A stretch of 64,000 nucleotides of DNA from Trypanosoma brucei. Taxonomy: Eukaryota. Below the pieces are notes generated by a model, which saw only the letters and a list, made by a program, of their open reading frames with translations, was not told the DNA's origin and searched no databases. Both the position numbers and the translations under genes were made by a program. The DNA lies in the NCBI GenBank assembly GCA_000002445.1, contig CM000207.1, positions 2,528,001-2,592,000 of the forward strand, written 5' to 3'. Of this stretch, positions 36,637 to 48,075 are shown piece by piece (positions within the stretch are counted from its first letter, which is position 1; each line of letters begins with the position of its first letter).

Positions 36637-36790
36637 GTTGTGAGTGTGCATATACGAATATTATAATAAGAGCTGTAATAATAGTAATAATAATAATAAT
36701 GATAATGATAGATAATAATAATAATAAGAAAGTGTTGTGAGTGTGTGTATACGAATATTATAATAAGACAAGTAATAAAAAACATAATAA
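36637..36790 (+). repeat. 70-bp repeat block (2 units)
   Basis: Two near-perfect cores are present: gagtgtgttgtgagtgtgcatatacgaatattataataagag and gaaagtgttgtgagtgtgtgtatacgaatattataataagac. Confidence 0.9.
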
Positions 36791-37683
36791 GAAAAGCAAT
36801 GATAAAAACGAAGGCAGAAGGGGTTTGACAACGGCTATGAACAGGTAACAGAACAAGAAAACCACCGGACGGTAAGTGACAGCGTCCATAGACCAAGTCA
36901 GATCCAGATTACAACCGGCAGTAACAGCAGCCAGCCGACCCGAAGCCACCACCTCAAGCGCTAGAACAGGCAGGACAAGCAATGCCTAAAGCGTCAAACA
37001 TTCGACTCTGACATAAACTCGCAGTGACAAACCAACAGCTGCGGAGCCAAAGGCGGCGGTAGCGCTACCAGATCACAAGAGAACAGCAAAAGGATGAACA
37101 AATAAAGACAAACCGACACCGGCCTACAACCAAAAACCAAAACCGCCACCAAGTACAGGCATCGGTATAAAAACTGTTTTTACACCAGCTTTAATGCAGA
37201 ACGACCGCAGAAAACGGCGCACACGGCCTTAGAAATGAGCACTCTAACCCAGCTTAAACCAATAACGCCACAGCGCCTGCAAGAACAAAAAAAAGGGAAA
37301 ACAGCGGCTTTTAAACTGCTGCTAAAGTCTAATAAATTTAACTAGAAGTTGAAACAGCACACAATGAGTGGCAATATCTGATAACGAAAACGCAGCAAAA
37401 GCAGGCGGCAGCGTCAGCAAAGCACTAAATACAACACTGAAACCGAACGACGCAAAACCAAAGCAGCAAGAGTCACCGCAGCATCAGCAAACGAGACCAA
37501 CAAACTTACGGAAAAGAATCAGGACACAATTGGCCTAAACCCTAAGCCACAGCAACGGCACTTTCTCAGAGATGTGCAAAGAAACCAGATTTTACGCTTT
37601 TACAAAGACGCCACAAACGCCAAATCTCCTAAATCTCCGCAGTCCAAACACCTACGAAACCAAACAGCAAGAGAAAAGCAAAT

Positions 37684-39050
37684 GTGGAGACTAAAAGCGT
37701 TAGCAATGCTAATAGCAACAATACCAAGCTCAGCTGCAGCAGCGAAGCAAGAAGCAAACAGACCCCAGTGCGGCAATCCGTGCGGTTGCATGGTGCGCAT
37801 CGACGTGCTGTTGGAAAGGCTGGAAAAAGCGGCAAGCACAGGGGTAGCGAAAATTTCAGGAAACGCAGAAGCAATGCAGCAGCTAGCACTAGGAGCGGCA
37901 AGCACAGACGACAAGGTAGCACGGCTTCTAGCACCATTGCTAGCCGTAGCAACGCACGTAAACGCAGAAGCGACGGCAAAGCTCTCAGCAGCACCGGACA
38001 CGATCGCAAGGGCAACGGCGCTACTAAATAAAAAGAAAGCAGTGCAAGAAGCTAAAAAACGGCTGTACGGTAGCTATGAGGCGGCAATTTTAACGAGAGC
38101 CAGCCACTTCGGCGACGCCACGTACGCGCCGAAGACGCACAAGCAAGCACCGCGGACAGCGTGCGGAGAATTCCAGGACGATGCCTATTTTTCTCTGGAC
38201 GAGCTTAATTTTGACCATGATGCCGGACTAGGCGACTCAAACCTAGGACTAAACGTCAAACAGGCTTGCTACAAAAGCAACCCGGGCTCACCGTGCGACG
38301 CAAGCGGCAGCACCGACAAACTAAGCACAGCAATAACTATAGCGCCCGCGGCAACGGCCACTGCGTCAGGACCACTTGCAGGCGGCAATGAAAAGATCAC
38401 AACGAAGGCAACAATAACACTGGCCAATGAAACTGACGATGAAAAGACGGTACTCAAAGCGGCGCAGACGGCCGAAAAACACCTAACATCAGTGCCAGAC
38501 CTATCAAAGCTAAGCACGTACACGGACAGCACAGCATTCAAATTACTAGTAAACCGATTAGTGATGGGGACAGCAGCAGACAGCCCAATACAAGGAAAGA
38601 TGGCTGAAGAAACGGCCAACTTTATAACCAAAAATTACGGCAAAGACGACGAAGAGTTTACAAAAAACATATGGGAAAAAATAAAAACAGCCACGACAAT
38701 ATACTACGAAGATAAGGCAAAAAACAAAAAAGATCAAAGACCTAACCGAAACCGAACAAGTCACCGCGCTAACACCTGCATTTTTAAAGGCGGACAAAGA
38801 AACGCCAGCAACGATAAAAGAGACAACACCAGCAGGAACAGGAGAAAAACCAGATACAGAAGACAAAACAGAAAAGAAAAACGTGGATAAAAAGGACGAG
38901 GTTTGCACAGGCGCTGAAGAAGGTAAATGTGACAAGACAAAATGCGATTGGAACGCAGAGAAAAAACAGTGCAAAGTTAAAGAGGGGGCAGTTACTATTT
39001 CAGCTGTAATTAAAGCCCCTCTTTTGCTTGCATTTTTGGTTCTAGCTTAA
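37684..39050 (+). pseudogene. VSG pseudogene. It is frameshifted near 38720 and ends ...CDKTKCDWNAEKKQCKVKEGAVTISAVIKAPLLLAFLVLA*.
   Basis: ORF 37574..38890 contains the signal peptide MWRLKALAMLIATIPSSAAAA. Its C-terminal domain and GPI signal lie in another frame. It is a close paralogue of the C-terminus of the 21081 VSG. Confidence 0.75.
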
Positions 39051-39109
39051 CACTTTTAAGAATTATTAGTAAAAGCTTTTTGCTTGATTTTATGAAATTT
39101 ATGAAAATT

Positions 39110-39125
39110 TGATATATTTTAACAC
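39110..39125 (+). promoter_or_regulatory. VSG 3'UTR canonical 16-mer (tgatatattttaacac)
   Basis: Exact match. Confidence 0.85.
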
Positions 39126-39302
39126 TATTCGAAAAACAATGCGAAAATTAGTGAAAATTTGGAAATTTTGACTTTTATTTAAATGTATGTGACTGTGGTT
39201 CATGGGTATAAAGTAGTAGTCTAATAGGATATGATAATAGAGTGTCATTCAATTTTGTATTATTATGCTTATCATATGAATATTATTAGTAATTTAGTGT
39301 TT

Positions 39303-39533
39303 TAATAATGATAATGATAATAATAGAAGAGTGTTGTGAGAGCGTGTACATACGAATATTATATTAAGAGCAGTAATAATAATAATAATAATGATAATAA
39401 TGATAGGAAAGTGTTGTGAGAGTGCGTATATACGAATATAATAATGAGAGCAGTAATGATAATAATAATGATAATGATAGGAGATTGTTGTGAGTGTGTA
39501 TATACTAATATTATAATGAGAACAGCAATAATG
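39303..39533 (+). repeat. 70-bp repeat block (3 units)
   Basis: Three cores are present: agaagagtgttgtgagagcgtgtacatacgaatattatattaagag, ggaaagtgttgtgagagtgcgtatatacgaatataataatgagag and ggagattgttgtgagtgtgtatatactaatattataatgag. Confidence 0.9.
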
Positions 39534-41285
39534 CTAAAGATAGTAAATCAAAATAGAAGAACTTTAAGCATTAAAAGTTTTTATTATAAGGAAGTAAGTG
39601 AGAGTAATGAAGTACGCGCAATTTTAAACAAAAACATGAAGAAGGGTATTATCATTAACAGGTAGATGATGAATACAATACTGAGAGTGGGACACAATCC
39701 AGTGTTCAAGCCGAATGGGATCGCTACTTTACCTGGGAAAACAGAAACAATGGATTCAAAATAAGGATAAAAAATACCAAAGAAAGCCATAAAATTCTCA
39801 ACATCATCGCGCAGAAGAAAAAGGAACAGGACAATGTTGTAGAGTCGTCTTTCTCACAAAAACGAATAGATGCAGTGGAGATTGTGGAAGGTGCTATTTT
39901 TAGAACGACAACAGCTCATAATCAATGGCTGTGAAAAACCAGGGGCAGACTTATGAAGGCTGAGGCGGGTAATTGTAAGCTAATATCGAACTCTTCTTCT
40001 AATTGGCTATATTCACAATAGCAAATTTTGTGGTTAACAGTATAATATTATCCAGAGTAAAATTTTAAAACTAGGAGTACCAATAGATTATCGTGGTAAG
40101 CAAAAAAAGAATTAAAGCTCGAAAGGAATTTACAATAGCGCACGTACCAGACAACTGATAAACTTTGTGTGATGTAACGGCCGTTTCAAATAACGCTTCT
40201 CCCGCGCTCTAGTTGTGTAAGGAGCAAATCTAAAAGCCAGTTAACGAACATATAATGCACAGAAAGCTTGCCAACAGCAAACAGCTGGCAGCGTATATTT
40301 AAAAAACAGAAGTGGTGGCGAAGCAACGCTAAGCCACCACATTAGCAGGTGTTGGCCGCTAGTATGTGGCTAAAGATAGGCTATGAAAACACAGGCAGCA
40401 GCCGAGCCGTTTTCTGACTGGCCGCTTGTCTTACTTCGTGGAAGCACTGACTTGGAAAAGAGGTGAAGTTGTAGCAAATTGAAGCGGCTAACAAATAAAA
40501 TGGTTGACATTTTACATATAGAGAGAGTTATCCTGTAGTTTAGCAGATACAAGGCTGAGATTCCTGGAACATTTAGATTAAAACAATAGATACGCAATGA
40601 TAGGTATTAAAATAGCTATAGCAACAAGATAATTAAAACTATTAATCCAAAATAATTGGTGAGCCAACGTGAGTTTTTTTACCGAACTTCCCAAACCGAT
40701 CAAACGACTAACAGACACGCACAAGTCATGGAAACTCGAACTAAAAGCAGCAAAAATAGGGGTAGAAAATTGAGAGGTTACATGAATCATTGAGGAAGCG
40801 AAGCACACGCGGCTTAAAAAGGGCCAGCAAAAATATTTATGTGGAGAATTTTGTTTTTATGGCAACGACGTATGTAATGAATGGATGCGCGCCTTAACGG
40901 TCCTACAGCTGAGACTCCAATGTTAGCCAAAGGTAAAGACAACCTTGGTAAATTTTACACTATATTCCGCCTAAGAATAAGGAATTAATTCCGAAGTATA
41001 TTGTAAAGTTGTTGCACGCAGATGCGGCACGCTAAACGAAACAATCAGCGGCTCAAAAAGGCGAACACTCAAACTTTAAAATAACCGTTGATGGCCGCTA
41101 AGAGACCACACACAGCTTTATTTCATTAAATTAAGTAAGGGGACACGCCACATGCAGGACGTTCCCTCAGCAGAACAAACTAAACCAAAAGCCATTCGTT
41201 AAAAAACAGAGAATACATAAGTCCTTGTTTTTGAGCCATACCAACGCATTGGCACAAAATTTTCTAGGACGAGGGCGGCAAGATC

Positions 41286-42797
41286 ATGATATCATGGCTA
41301 GCGAGGACCGCAATTTTTCTGAGGCTTACGGTGCCAGCGATGCATGCGGCCACAAACCCAGGTGATAACGCCGCAGAGTTCAAGGCGCTTTGCGCAGTCA
41401 TAAAACTAGCGAAAATACAGCCGAGTGACCTGCAGCCTGGGACCGAAGCCGAGAAAGCTCTCAAAGAAATTGAAGTGTTAAACATGTCGGTAGCTGACGA
41501 GAAGTGGCAAAAACAATATGGCGATGGAACAGAAAAGTTTGCTTGGTCAACTTTCGAATCAAAATTAGGAGACACCGACCCCAAAAAACACTGGAAAGAG
41601 AACTGGCAAAACTGGCTTGACACAAAAAAAAGACTGGAAGCCGCAAAAAAAACTGACGAATGGAAACACACCCACCCTGCGCCAGCAAGCTCCGAGGCAA
41701 GGCAAGTAGCATCAAAGCAAATAGCAGCTCTAACAGCGGCAGCGACCAAACTGTACCAAGATTTCAAGACAAAAGCGGACAACCTGAACACAGCTGACAG
41801 AGAGGCAGTAACCTCGGAACTAGCCAAGGCGCTGCACGGAGCAGACAAGGTTACAGCGGAAGGCCAAGTCACACCGCACAAGACGCCCGACGGAGTACGA
41901 AGCGGCACCAGCTGCAACGCCGCAGCTAGCGGCCAGCGCCTGTTAACGGACCTCATGTGCATCTGTGCAGGACAAACACAACTGACAAGCAAAGCGTGCA
42001 CCACGACACCACTCTCAACGGGGTGGACAGGCGGCTTTGGAAACGCTGCCACACAACAAGCGGAACTGGAGGCAAAGTGCGGCACAGGATATCCAGCAGA
42101 TCTAACAGCGGAAAATATAGAGAACGCTGTACATGGCCTCGAAATCTTGGTCGGGCGGCATAGCGGCACCAACAACAAGGGCGGCTACCTCGGCAAAGAC
42201 GCAGGCGCAAATTGCGATGGCACTGACGGCAACATCTGCGCCGACTATACCAACTACTTCAAAGATGCGGCAAACACAGCCGACGCAGAACTACCGTGGG
42301 CGAAACACACGCGACTAGCAGCAACCGCCTTGATAAACAGGGCTAAAAACTTCAGGGCGGCCGAAGGGCTAGCGGAGCGCATTGAAACGATAAAAATACA
42401 GACAGAATCCACTTTCCAACTAACGCAGTTCACATTTCCGACGCAAAAAGCGGAGGCGGCAGAAGAAGAGCTCACCACAAGCAAAAATAAAGACTGCAAT
42501 AATCACAAAACAAACTCAACCTGCACAGAAAATAAATGCAAATGGGAAGGAACAAGTGAAACAGTTGGGGAATGCAAACCTAAAGATGGGGAGAATAAGA
42601 CAAACGCAGCAGGGACAGAAGGAGCTGCAGGAGCAACAAACTCCGAAGCCAAAAAGTGCTCTGAAAAGAAAAAGCAAGAAGACTGCAAAGATGGCTGTAA
42701 GTGGGAGGGAACAGAGTGCAAAGATTCCTCTATTCTAGAAAACAAACAATTTGCCCTGAGTATGGTTTCTTCTGCATTTGTTTCCTTGATTTTCTGA
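41286..42797 (+). CDS. VSG, intact (503 aa). It has a signal peptide and the canonical long GPI signal ...CKDSSILENKQFALSMVSSAFVSLIF*.
   Basis: It is a full ORF. The N-terminus is AIFLRLTVPAMHAATNPGDNAAEFKALCAVIKLAK, and the C-domain carries the CKWEGTSETVGECKPK and CKDGCKWEGTEC motifs. Confidence 0.85.
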   Translation: MISWLARTAIFLRLTVPAMHAATNPGDNAAEFKALCAVIKLAKIQPSDLQPGTEAEKALKEIEVLNMSVADEKWQKQYGDGTEKFAWSTFESKLGDTDPKKHWKENWQNWLDTKKRLEAAKKTDEWKHTHPAPASSEARQVASKQIAALTAAATKLYQDFKTKADNLNTADREAVTSELAKALHGADKVTAEGQVTPHKTPDGVRSGTSCNAAASGQRLLTDLMCICAGQTQLTSKACTTTPLSTGWTGGFGNAATQQAELEAKCGTGYPADLTAENIENAVHGLEILVGRHSGTNNKGGYLGKDAGANCDGTDGNICADYTNYFKDAANTADAELPWAKHTRLAATALINRAKNFRAAEGLAERIETIKIQTESTFQLTQFTFPTQKAEAAEEELTTSKNKDCNNHKTNSTCTENKCKWEGTSETVGECKPKDGENKTNAAGTEGAAGATNSEAKKCSEKKKQEDCKDGCKWEGTECKDSSILENKQFALSMVSSAFVSLIF

Positions 42798-42833
42798 ATT
42801 TTCCACCGCCTTCCTTTAAGAAATTTTGCTATT

Positions 42834-42849
42834 TGATATATTTTGACAC
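42834..42849 (+). promoter_or_regulatory. VSG 3'UTR 16-mer variant (tgatatattttgacac)
   Basis: Motif match, with 1 mismatch. Confidence 0.75.
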
Positions 42850-43440
42850 CTAAAATTTTCCCTGGAAATTTTTTTGTTGGCTGTAAAAAATCTGATTCTG
42901 TGATTTTTTTCTGGAAACTAAAAGAATTTTTTTCAACTATTTTTCTTGAATTTTTTAGGGCTATGTCTTAGTTTTTTTTAATTTCCGTTTCCGCGTTTAG
43001 CGGTTTTTTTGACATTTCTATTTTCGCAACAGCAGTGCCTCAATTTTTTACCCCACTTTCGACTTTCTTTCAATTTTTTGTGTCTTTAGTTTTTTTTAAT
43101 TTTTTTATCTTCACTTTTTTAATTTTTTTTATTTTACATGCCGACAGCAATTTTTTTCGGCAACGAACTTTTTTTTTTTTTGCAGCGGTGGTGTTTCGGG
43201 TTAAGGTGTTGAGGGTTAGGGTTAATTTTCCTCTTCCTGCTAATTATTTTTTTACCCCACAGCTCCGTTCTGTATTGCTCCGCTTTTTTTTAATTTTTAT
43301 TCTTTTAGTGACTCAGCGGCTATTTTTTATTTGCAGCAGCAGTGTCAACTCGATTTATTATGTTTTTTTAATTTTTTAAATTTTCTTAATTTTTTTATTC
43401 GTTTTTTTAATTTTTTTCTTAAACAGTGGCGCATGACCTA
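42850..43440 (+). repeat. T-rich block with a repeated ttttttaatttttttt motif and degenerate telomeric hexamers (gggttaaggtgttgagggttagggttaatttt). It is homologous to 54210-54520.
   Basis: TTAGGG-like units sit at about 43196-43232. The motif ggttagggttaattttcctct is shared with 54375-54398. The 3'UTR start is also shared (tgatatatttt[g/a]acacctaaaat). Confidence 0.7.
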
Positions 43441-43799
43441 TGGCGCTGCGAGCCGTTTTCTTTTTACACTGGCACGGGGAGTTTTGGTGCTCGAAACGAT
43501 TTGCTTTTTAAGAGACGGTAACGAAAAAATCTTAATATTTGGAAGTGGCAGAATATGGAGTTCGGAAGATAAAGCCAGCCGACATGGCAGCCTGGACTGG
43601 TTGCGGCACGCCACAACAACCTGGCCAAAGCAATCGGATGCGGCGAGCAGTTAACTTGTGCGTCAGCAGGCCAATGCGTGCACATTGCCATGCCGCAACA
43701 AATCCGGCAGCAGATGTAAAGCACCTTAATGCAGGGCTCCATAATCACCACGGGTATAAATTCACCGCAAAAACCAAGCAACAAGCCAACAGTAGAGGA

Positions 43800-44190
43800 A
43801 CAGAATAAATGTAAAACTCCAGCAAACAAAACAGCAGACGGGTGTGCGGCTATTGAATATGACTATGACTATGATGAAACTTACAAAGAATGCAAACCTA
43901 AATCAGGAAAAGAAAACACATCAACAGGAACAGGGGAGACAAGTACCGGGGTAGACTGCAGTAAACACCAAACCAAGCAAGCCTGTGAAGCTGAAAACAA
44001 GGATGTAAAACCTGGTCAGAAAGCAGTATCTGGATGTATTGAAGATAAGTGTAAAGATTTATTTTTTCTCGTCAGTAAGAATTTTGCTCTGATGGCTGCT
44101 TCTTTTGTGAGCTTGGTACTATTCAAGGATTTTGAATTTTTAAATTTGTTATTTAGAGAGAATTTGATATATTTCAACACCTCTAGATGA
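43800..44190 (+). pseudogene. VSG C-terminal-domain-only fragment (...CKPKSGKENTSTGTGETSTGVDCSKHQTKQACEAENKD...CIEDKCKDLFFLVSKNFALMAASFVSLVLF). The stop is lost, giving a read-through extension.
   Basis: ORF 43729..44190. There is no N-terminal domain or signal peptide, and no 70-bp repeat upstream. The 16-mer follows. Confidence 0.7.
44165..44180 (+). promoter_or_regulatory. VSG 3'UTR 16-mer variant (tgatatatttcaacac)
   Basis: Motif match. Confidence 0.7.
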
Positions 44191-44329
44191 TGATGTGCAA
44201 ATTTTAAAAACACAAAATTATAAAATTATGGTTTCAAATTGGTCCATGGTCGTATCGTACTAATTTTATAAGAATATTAAAAGATTTATAGTGTAATTTG
44301 CTTTATTTTTCTTATTTTATGAACGTTAG

Positions 44330-44412
44330 TTAGGGTTATAATGGTGAGAGTAATAATGATAAAGATAGAGAGTGTTTTAAGTGTGTAAATACGAATATTA
44401 TAATAAAAGTGG
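44330..44412 (+). repeat. 70-bp repeat (one unit)
   Basis: gataaagatagagagtgttttaagtgtgtaaatacgaatattataataaaag. Confidence 0.8.
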
Positions 44413-46177
44413 TGGTGAAGAATAAATGAACAGAAGAAGTGAACCTCCTCAAAAATGGCAAAGGTACAATAAAAGTAAGTGAATTGATGTGAGGGTGAGA
44501 AAGAGAGAAAAACTGGAAAGAGAAAACAAGGAGTTTTATTAAAAGAATGGGGAGCGAAAGAGATAAATGAGGAAGTGAGGAAAGGGAAAAAGAACGATGG
44601 AATATACTGAGTTTTAAACACAATCATATTGATTGGCATGATTATACAAAGGGGTATGGAAAGTGAAATGAGGGAGAGAGTATGTGTACCGTGGAGAAAA
44701 CAAATATAGTTTCTACGTTATATGCAGGAACAGTGAGAGAAGAGAAAATATAAGAAAAGAAGATGAGGAGTGAAAGAACTGGAGGAGCTGTAGAGTAGCA
44801 CAGAGGTTAATAATACAAGAATATGTTGCGCTCCTCATTCCCAGACAAATATGGGCTGGTGCTGCTGTGCATATGGTTAAGATTGTAGTTTGTCATCTGA
44901 TTTCAGATCCTAATGTCTACCTATCAATAACAAATAGGTGAAAGGGATTGGATAAATGTGATGTAATGTTAAAGTTTTCTTATCATTTTTACTAGTAAAA
45001 GCCAACATTAGAGTCAGAAACAATATGGTATTTTTCGGAGGAAGATTTTAATACTGAGATTACAAATCTATTTCTGTGGAAAGCAAAAGAATTATTAAAA
45101 TCGGTAAATGTTTAAAAAAGTATGTATGAATCAACCGGGATGCTTTATTGAAGTGAAGAGAATTAATAGTGATACTCTTTCATTTCCATATTGATGTGCT
45201 TTTCAGACATGGAGACTTCTCAAAGAGAAAATAATTAGTATAAAAGTGGTCTCTGAGCAAAACTAACGGGTTGTATTGACGATTATAAGGCAGCGATGAA
45301 GTTACATTCGGGAAGAAAAGCACTGACTATTAAGCATCTGACAGAGTTATTTACGCAAAAAGCGTGGCTAAAACACAAAGCCAATCTTATTCACGAACAA
45401 CAAAAACGCCTCCTTGTTATAGCACCACCATTTAATGGAAGATTTCCGACAGTAGCGTGTGACAAAAAACATAAGATTCAAATTTTTAGGCATAGAGATG
45501 TGTGAAGTTTTCTTACTTGTAACAGAGGCTCAGACTCGCGGCGGCACAGAGTATATTCAATATATATATATATAGGGAACGATGAAGACGATCAAGACGG
45601 AAATATCAGACTTCCTTGTGAAAAAATAGGAAATCAAAACTATAACGGTGTTTGTATTTACAAATTTTTATAAACGTCAAAAACACTCGCAACACGATTG
45701 AAAAAGCGGAGGTGGGAAGCCGGAAAGATTAATTTAAATAAACTGAACGCAGGGCTAGAACCATCGATTCAAGCGCTCACGACAGACAAAATCTCAATAG
45801 AAAAATTTGCGGTTACTTAGCACCATGCCGCCGTGAGCAGATGAACCGTTCCTAATTTACGAGTGTAGCCTTGCCACCGCCGAACAGATCGCAGTAGGAA
45901 ATAAGCGGTAGACAGTCACAGCGCAGGCGGGACCAACGCCAACCCAGGCGATATTTAATCGCAAGGTTAGGCAAACACACACCCTGCAAGTCAACAAAAC
46001 TCCTCATATTTGTCATCTCTTCGTGAATTTTACTGATTACTTTTGTAAATGAGCGGCAAAGATTTTGTTGTAAAAACTAAGCTGCTTTAGGCAGGGTTCC
46101 TGCAATAGCACAGGGAACTGAAGAGATTTATAAGATTATAGCGGTTACAGAAACGCGATACACAAATTAATCAACCC

Positions 46178-47727
46178 ATGTCCGCCGGAACCGTCGTTTT
46201 AATCTACATACTTCTAATAACTGCGTCACAAACGCGAACGACGTCAGCTGCAGAAAGCATCGGTCTGAAAAACACGGTGCGGCAACCCATTTGCAAGCTA
46301 TCAGAAGAACTAGCAACTCTTCCAGGGTTTGCACTTGACCAAGCGGTGCAGGCGCTCAAAGCTGCACAAACCTTCGACGTGGCTTCAAAGCGGGCGGCCA
46401 TAGACGCAGCGATCAACATAGGGACACCTATAGCCGAAAAGACGACCCTTTTAAAAGATTATTACGCCAGGCTAGCGGAAAGGGCATATAGCAAACTGCT
46501 AGCAACAGGCGTAAAAACGCAATTCACAGCCGCGGCGAAAACAGCTTACCTGAAAGGAAGACTGGACGACTATCTAGCGCTGCTTGCGCAGTCGACGGCA
46601 ACATCAAACAATGCTTGCTTACTGCCCGGCACAACCAACAGCGACGCAGCCACTTACACACACGGGAAAACAATTGGGGAAGCCGCGTGCAAGCTAACGG
46701 CGCCAGATCTAGCCACAAAAACCAGCACGACAACAGAGCTAACAAAGGACGGATACAAAAACCTAATTGAGGGAGCGCCGGCAGGCGACAAGCACCAACC
46801 GGTCGCTGGCGGCAACGGCAACAAGTGCAAACTGCTAAGCGGGACCACCAGCGGCTATGCAAATGGAATCAGTCTAGCAGGCCAGCCGAAAGTTATGGCC
46901 GGTTATATCACGATACCAACCACGGCAACAGGGATAACGCTAGAAACACAAACGACACTCAAGGACTCAAACAGTGCCGCCACCGCACCGTGGTATGAAG
47001 CCTTCGAAGCAACAAACGCATTAACCACAGCGACCGCCGTAGAATTCCGCAACGAGACTGGTGACTTACACAGCAAAACGGCGCTTAAGGAAACTGTAAA
47101 AGCGCTCTTTCTAGCAGACCCCAAAGCAACTGACACTGACATAACAACGGCGATAGCCAAGATATTTGGTGATAAAAGCGACGACAAGTGCACAGAACTT
47201 GAAAATGCGATAGACAACACATAAATCCCAGGGACAGTAACGAAACAATAAGATACGACGAGACTCAGCTCTATAACAAGCGTGGCAACGCTAAGCGGTA
47301 TTCTTAGTCATTACGACCTAAAAATATCCCAAAACCTGGCAGACATAAGAAAAAAATTGGCGATCCTAAACAAAAAGAAACAAGAAAAAAAACGGCAGAC
47401 TGCGAACAGATAGAAAAAGTAGCGGAATGCAAAGGAAAGAAACCACTATGCAAATGGACTAAAGAAACTGAGGAAACAGGAAAACGCTGCAAATTGAATA
47501 AAACCAAAGTAGAACAAGAAATTCCAGAAGGAACTGGAGCTCAAACTGGTAAAAAGTGCTTTGATCACACAAAAAAAAAGGATTGTGAAGCTGAGAATAC
47601 GGGACTGACCATAGGTTCTCATAATAAATGTGGCTGTATCAGAGGCAAGTGAAAGTATTCCAGTTTCCTGATCAACAAGCAATTCGCCCTGATGGCTGCT
47701 GCTTTTATGAGTTTGGTAATTTTTTGA
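46178..47727 (+). pseudogene. VSG pseudogene. The ORF is 348 aa up to the stop at 47224. The C-terminal domain is frameshifted and contains internal stops. The GPI signal ...FLINKQFALMAAAFMSLVIF* is retained.
   Basis: The signal peptide is VVLIYILLITASQT. The C-domain reads CKGKKPLCKWTKETEETGKRCKLNK, with stop codons around 47400-47650. Confidence 0.75.
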
Positions 47728-47815
47728 AGATTTCTTGCTCAACTTTATTATGTCTCATGAATTTTTTCCTCTTAAGAGAGAGTATTTGTAAGAATTTTCT
47801 GAAGTTTATGAAATG

Positions 47816-47831
47816 TGATATACTTTAACAC
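47816..47831 (+). promoter_or_regulatory. VSG 3'UTR 16-mer variant (tgatatactttaacac)
   Basis: Motif match. Confidence 0.75.
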
Positions 47832-47934
47832 TTTTCAATTGAAATATAAAAATTAGTTAAAAAATGAAAAATATGAAAACTTGGTATGTCTATGATCTAT
47901 AGGTGTGACGTATTATGGTGACAAGGTATAGACC

Positions 47935-48075
47935 GTGAGTGCACTTATAATATGGTTGACTGTGTTAGTTCTATAGGTATTAGTTATGGTTATAATAGTA
48001 AAAACATTGATAGTTGCAATGATAGTACTGATATTAGGGTGCTATCAGTCTGTATCTACTAATATTGTAATAACA
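47935..48075 (+). repeat. Possible highly degenerate 70-bp-repeat remnant
   Basis: It has TAT/GTT-rich units (tataatatggttgactgtgttagttctataggtattagttatggttataatag...ctgtatctactaatattgtaataacag) in the expected cassette position. The match to the consensus is weak. Confidence 0.35.

Noticed and set aside
41264-42178. A 304-aa minus-strand ORF overlapping the intact VSG at 41286-42797. Similar antisense ORFs are 9281..10168, 28514..29113 and 37600..38015.
   Set aside because: These are antisense read-through of GC- and Ala-rich VSG coding sequence. They have no signal, no domain and no 3'UTR motifs. The sense-strand VSG explains the region.
43190-43240. A possible true interstitial telomere
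   Set aside because: Only 2-4 degenerate GGGTTA-like units are present. There is no long perfect TTAGGG run, and sequence continues on both sides. It is treated as a footprint, not a telomere.
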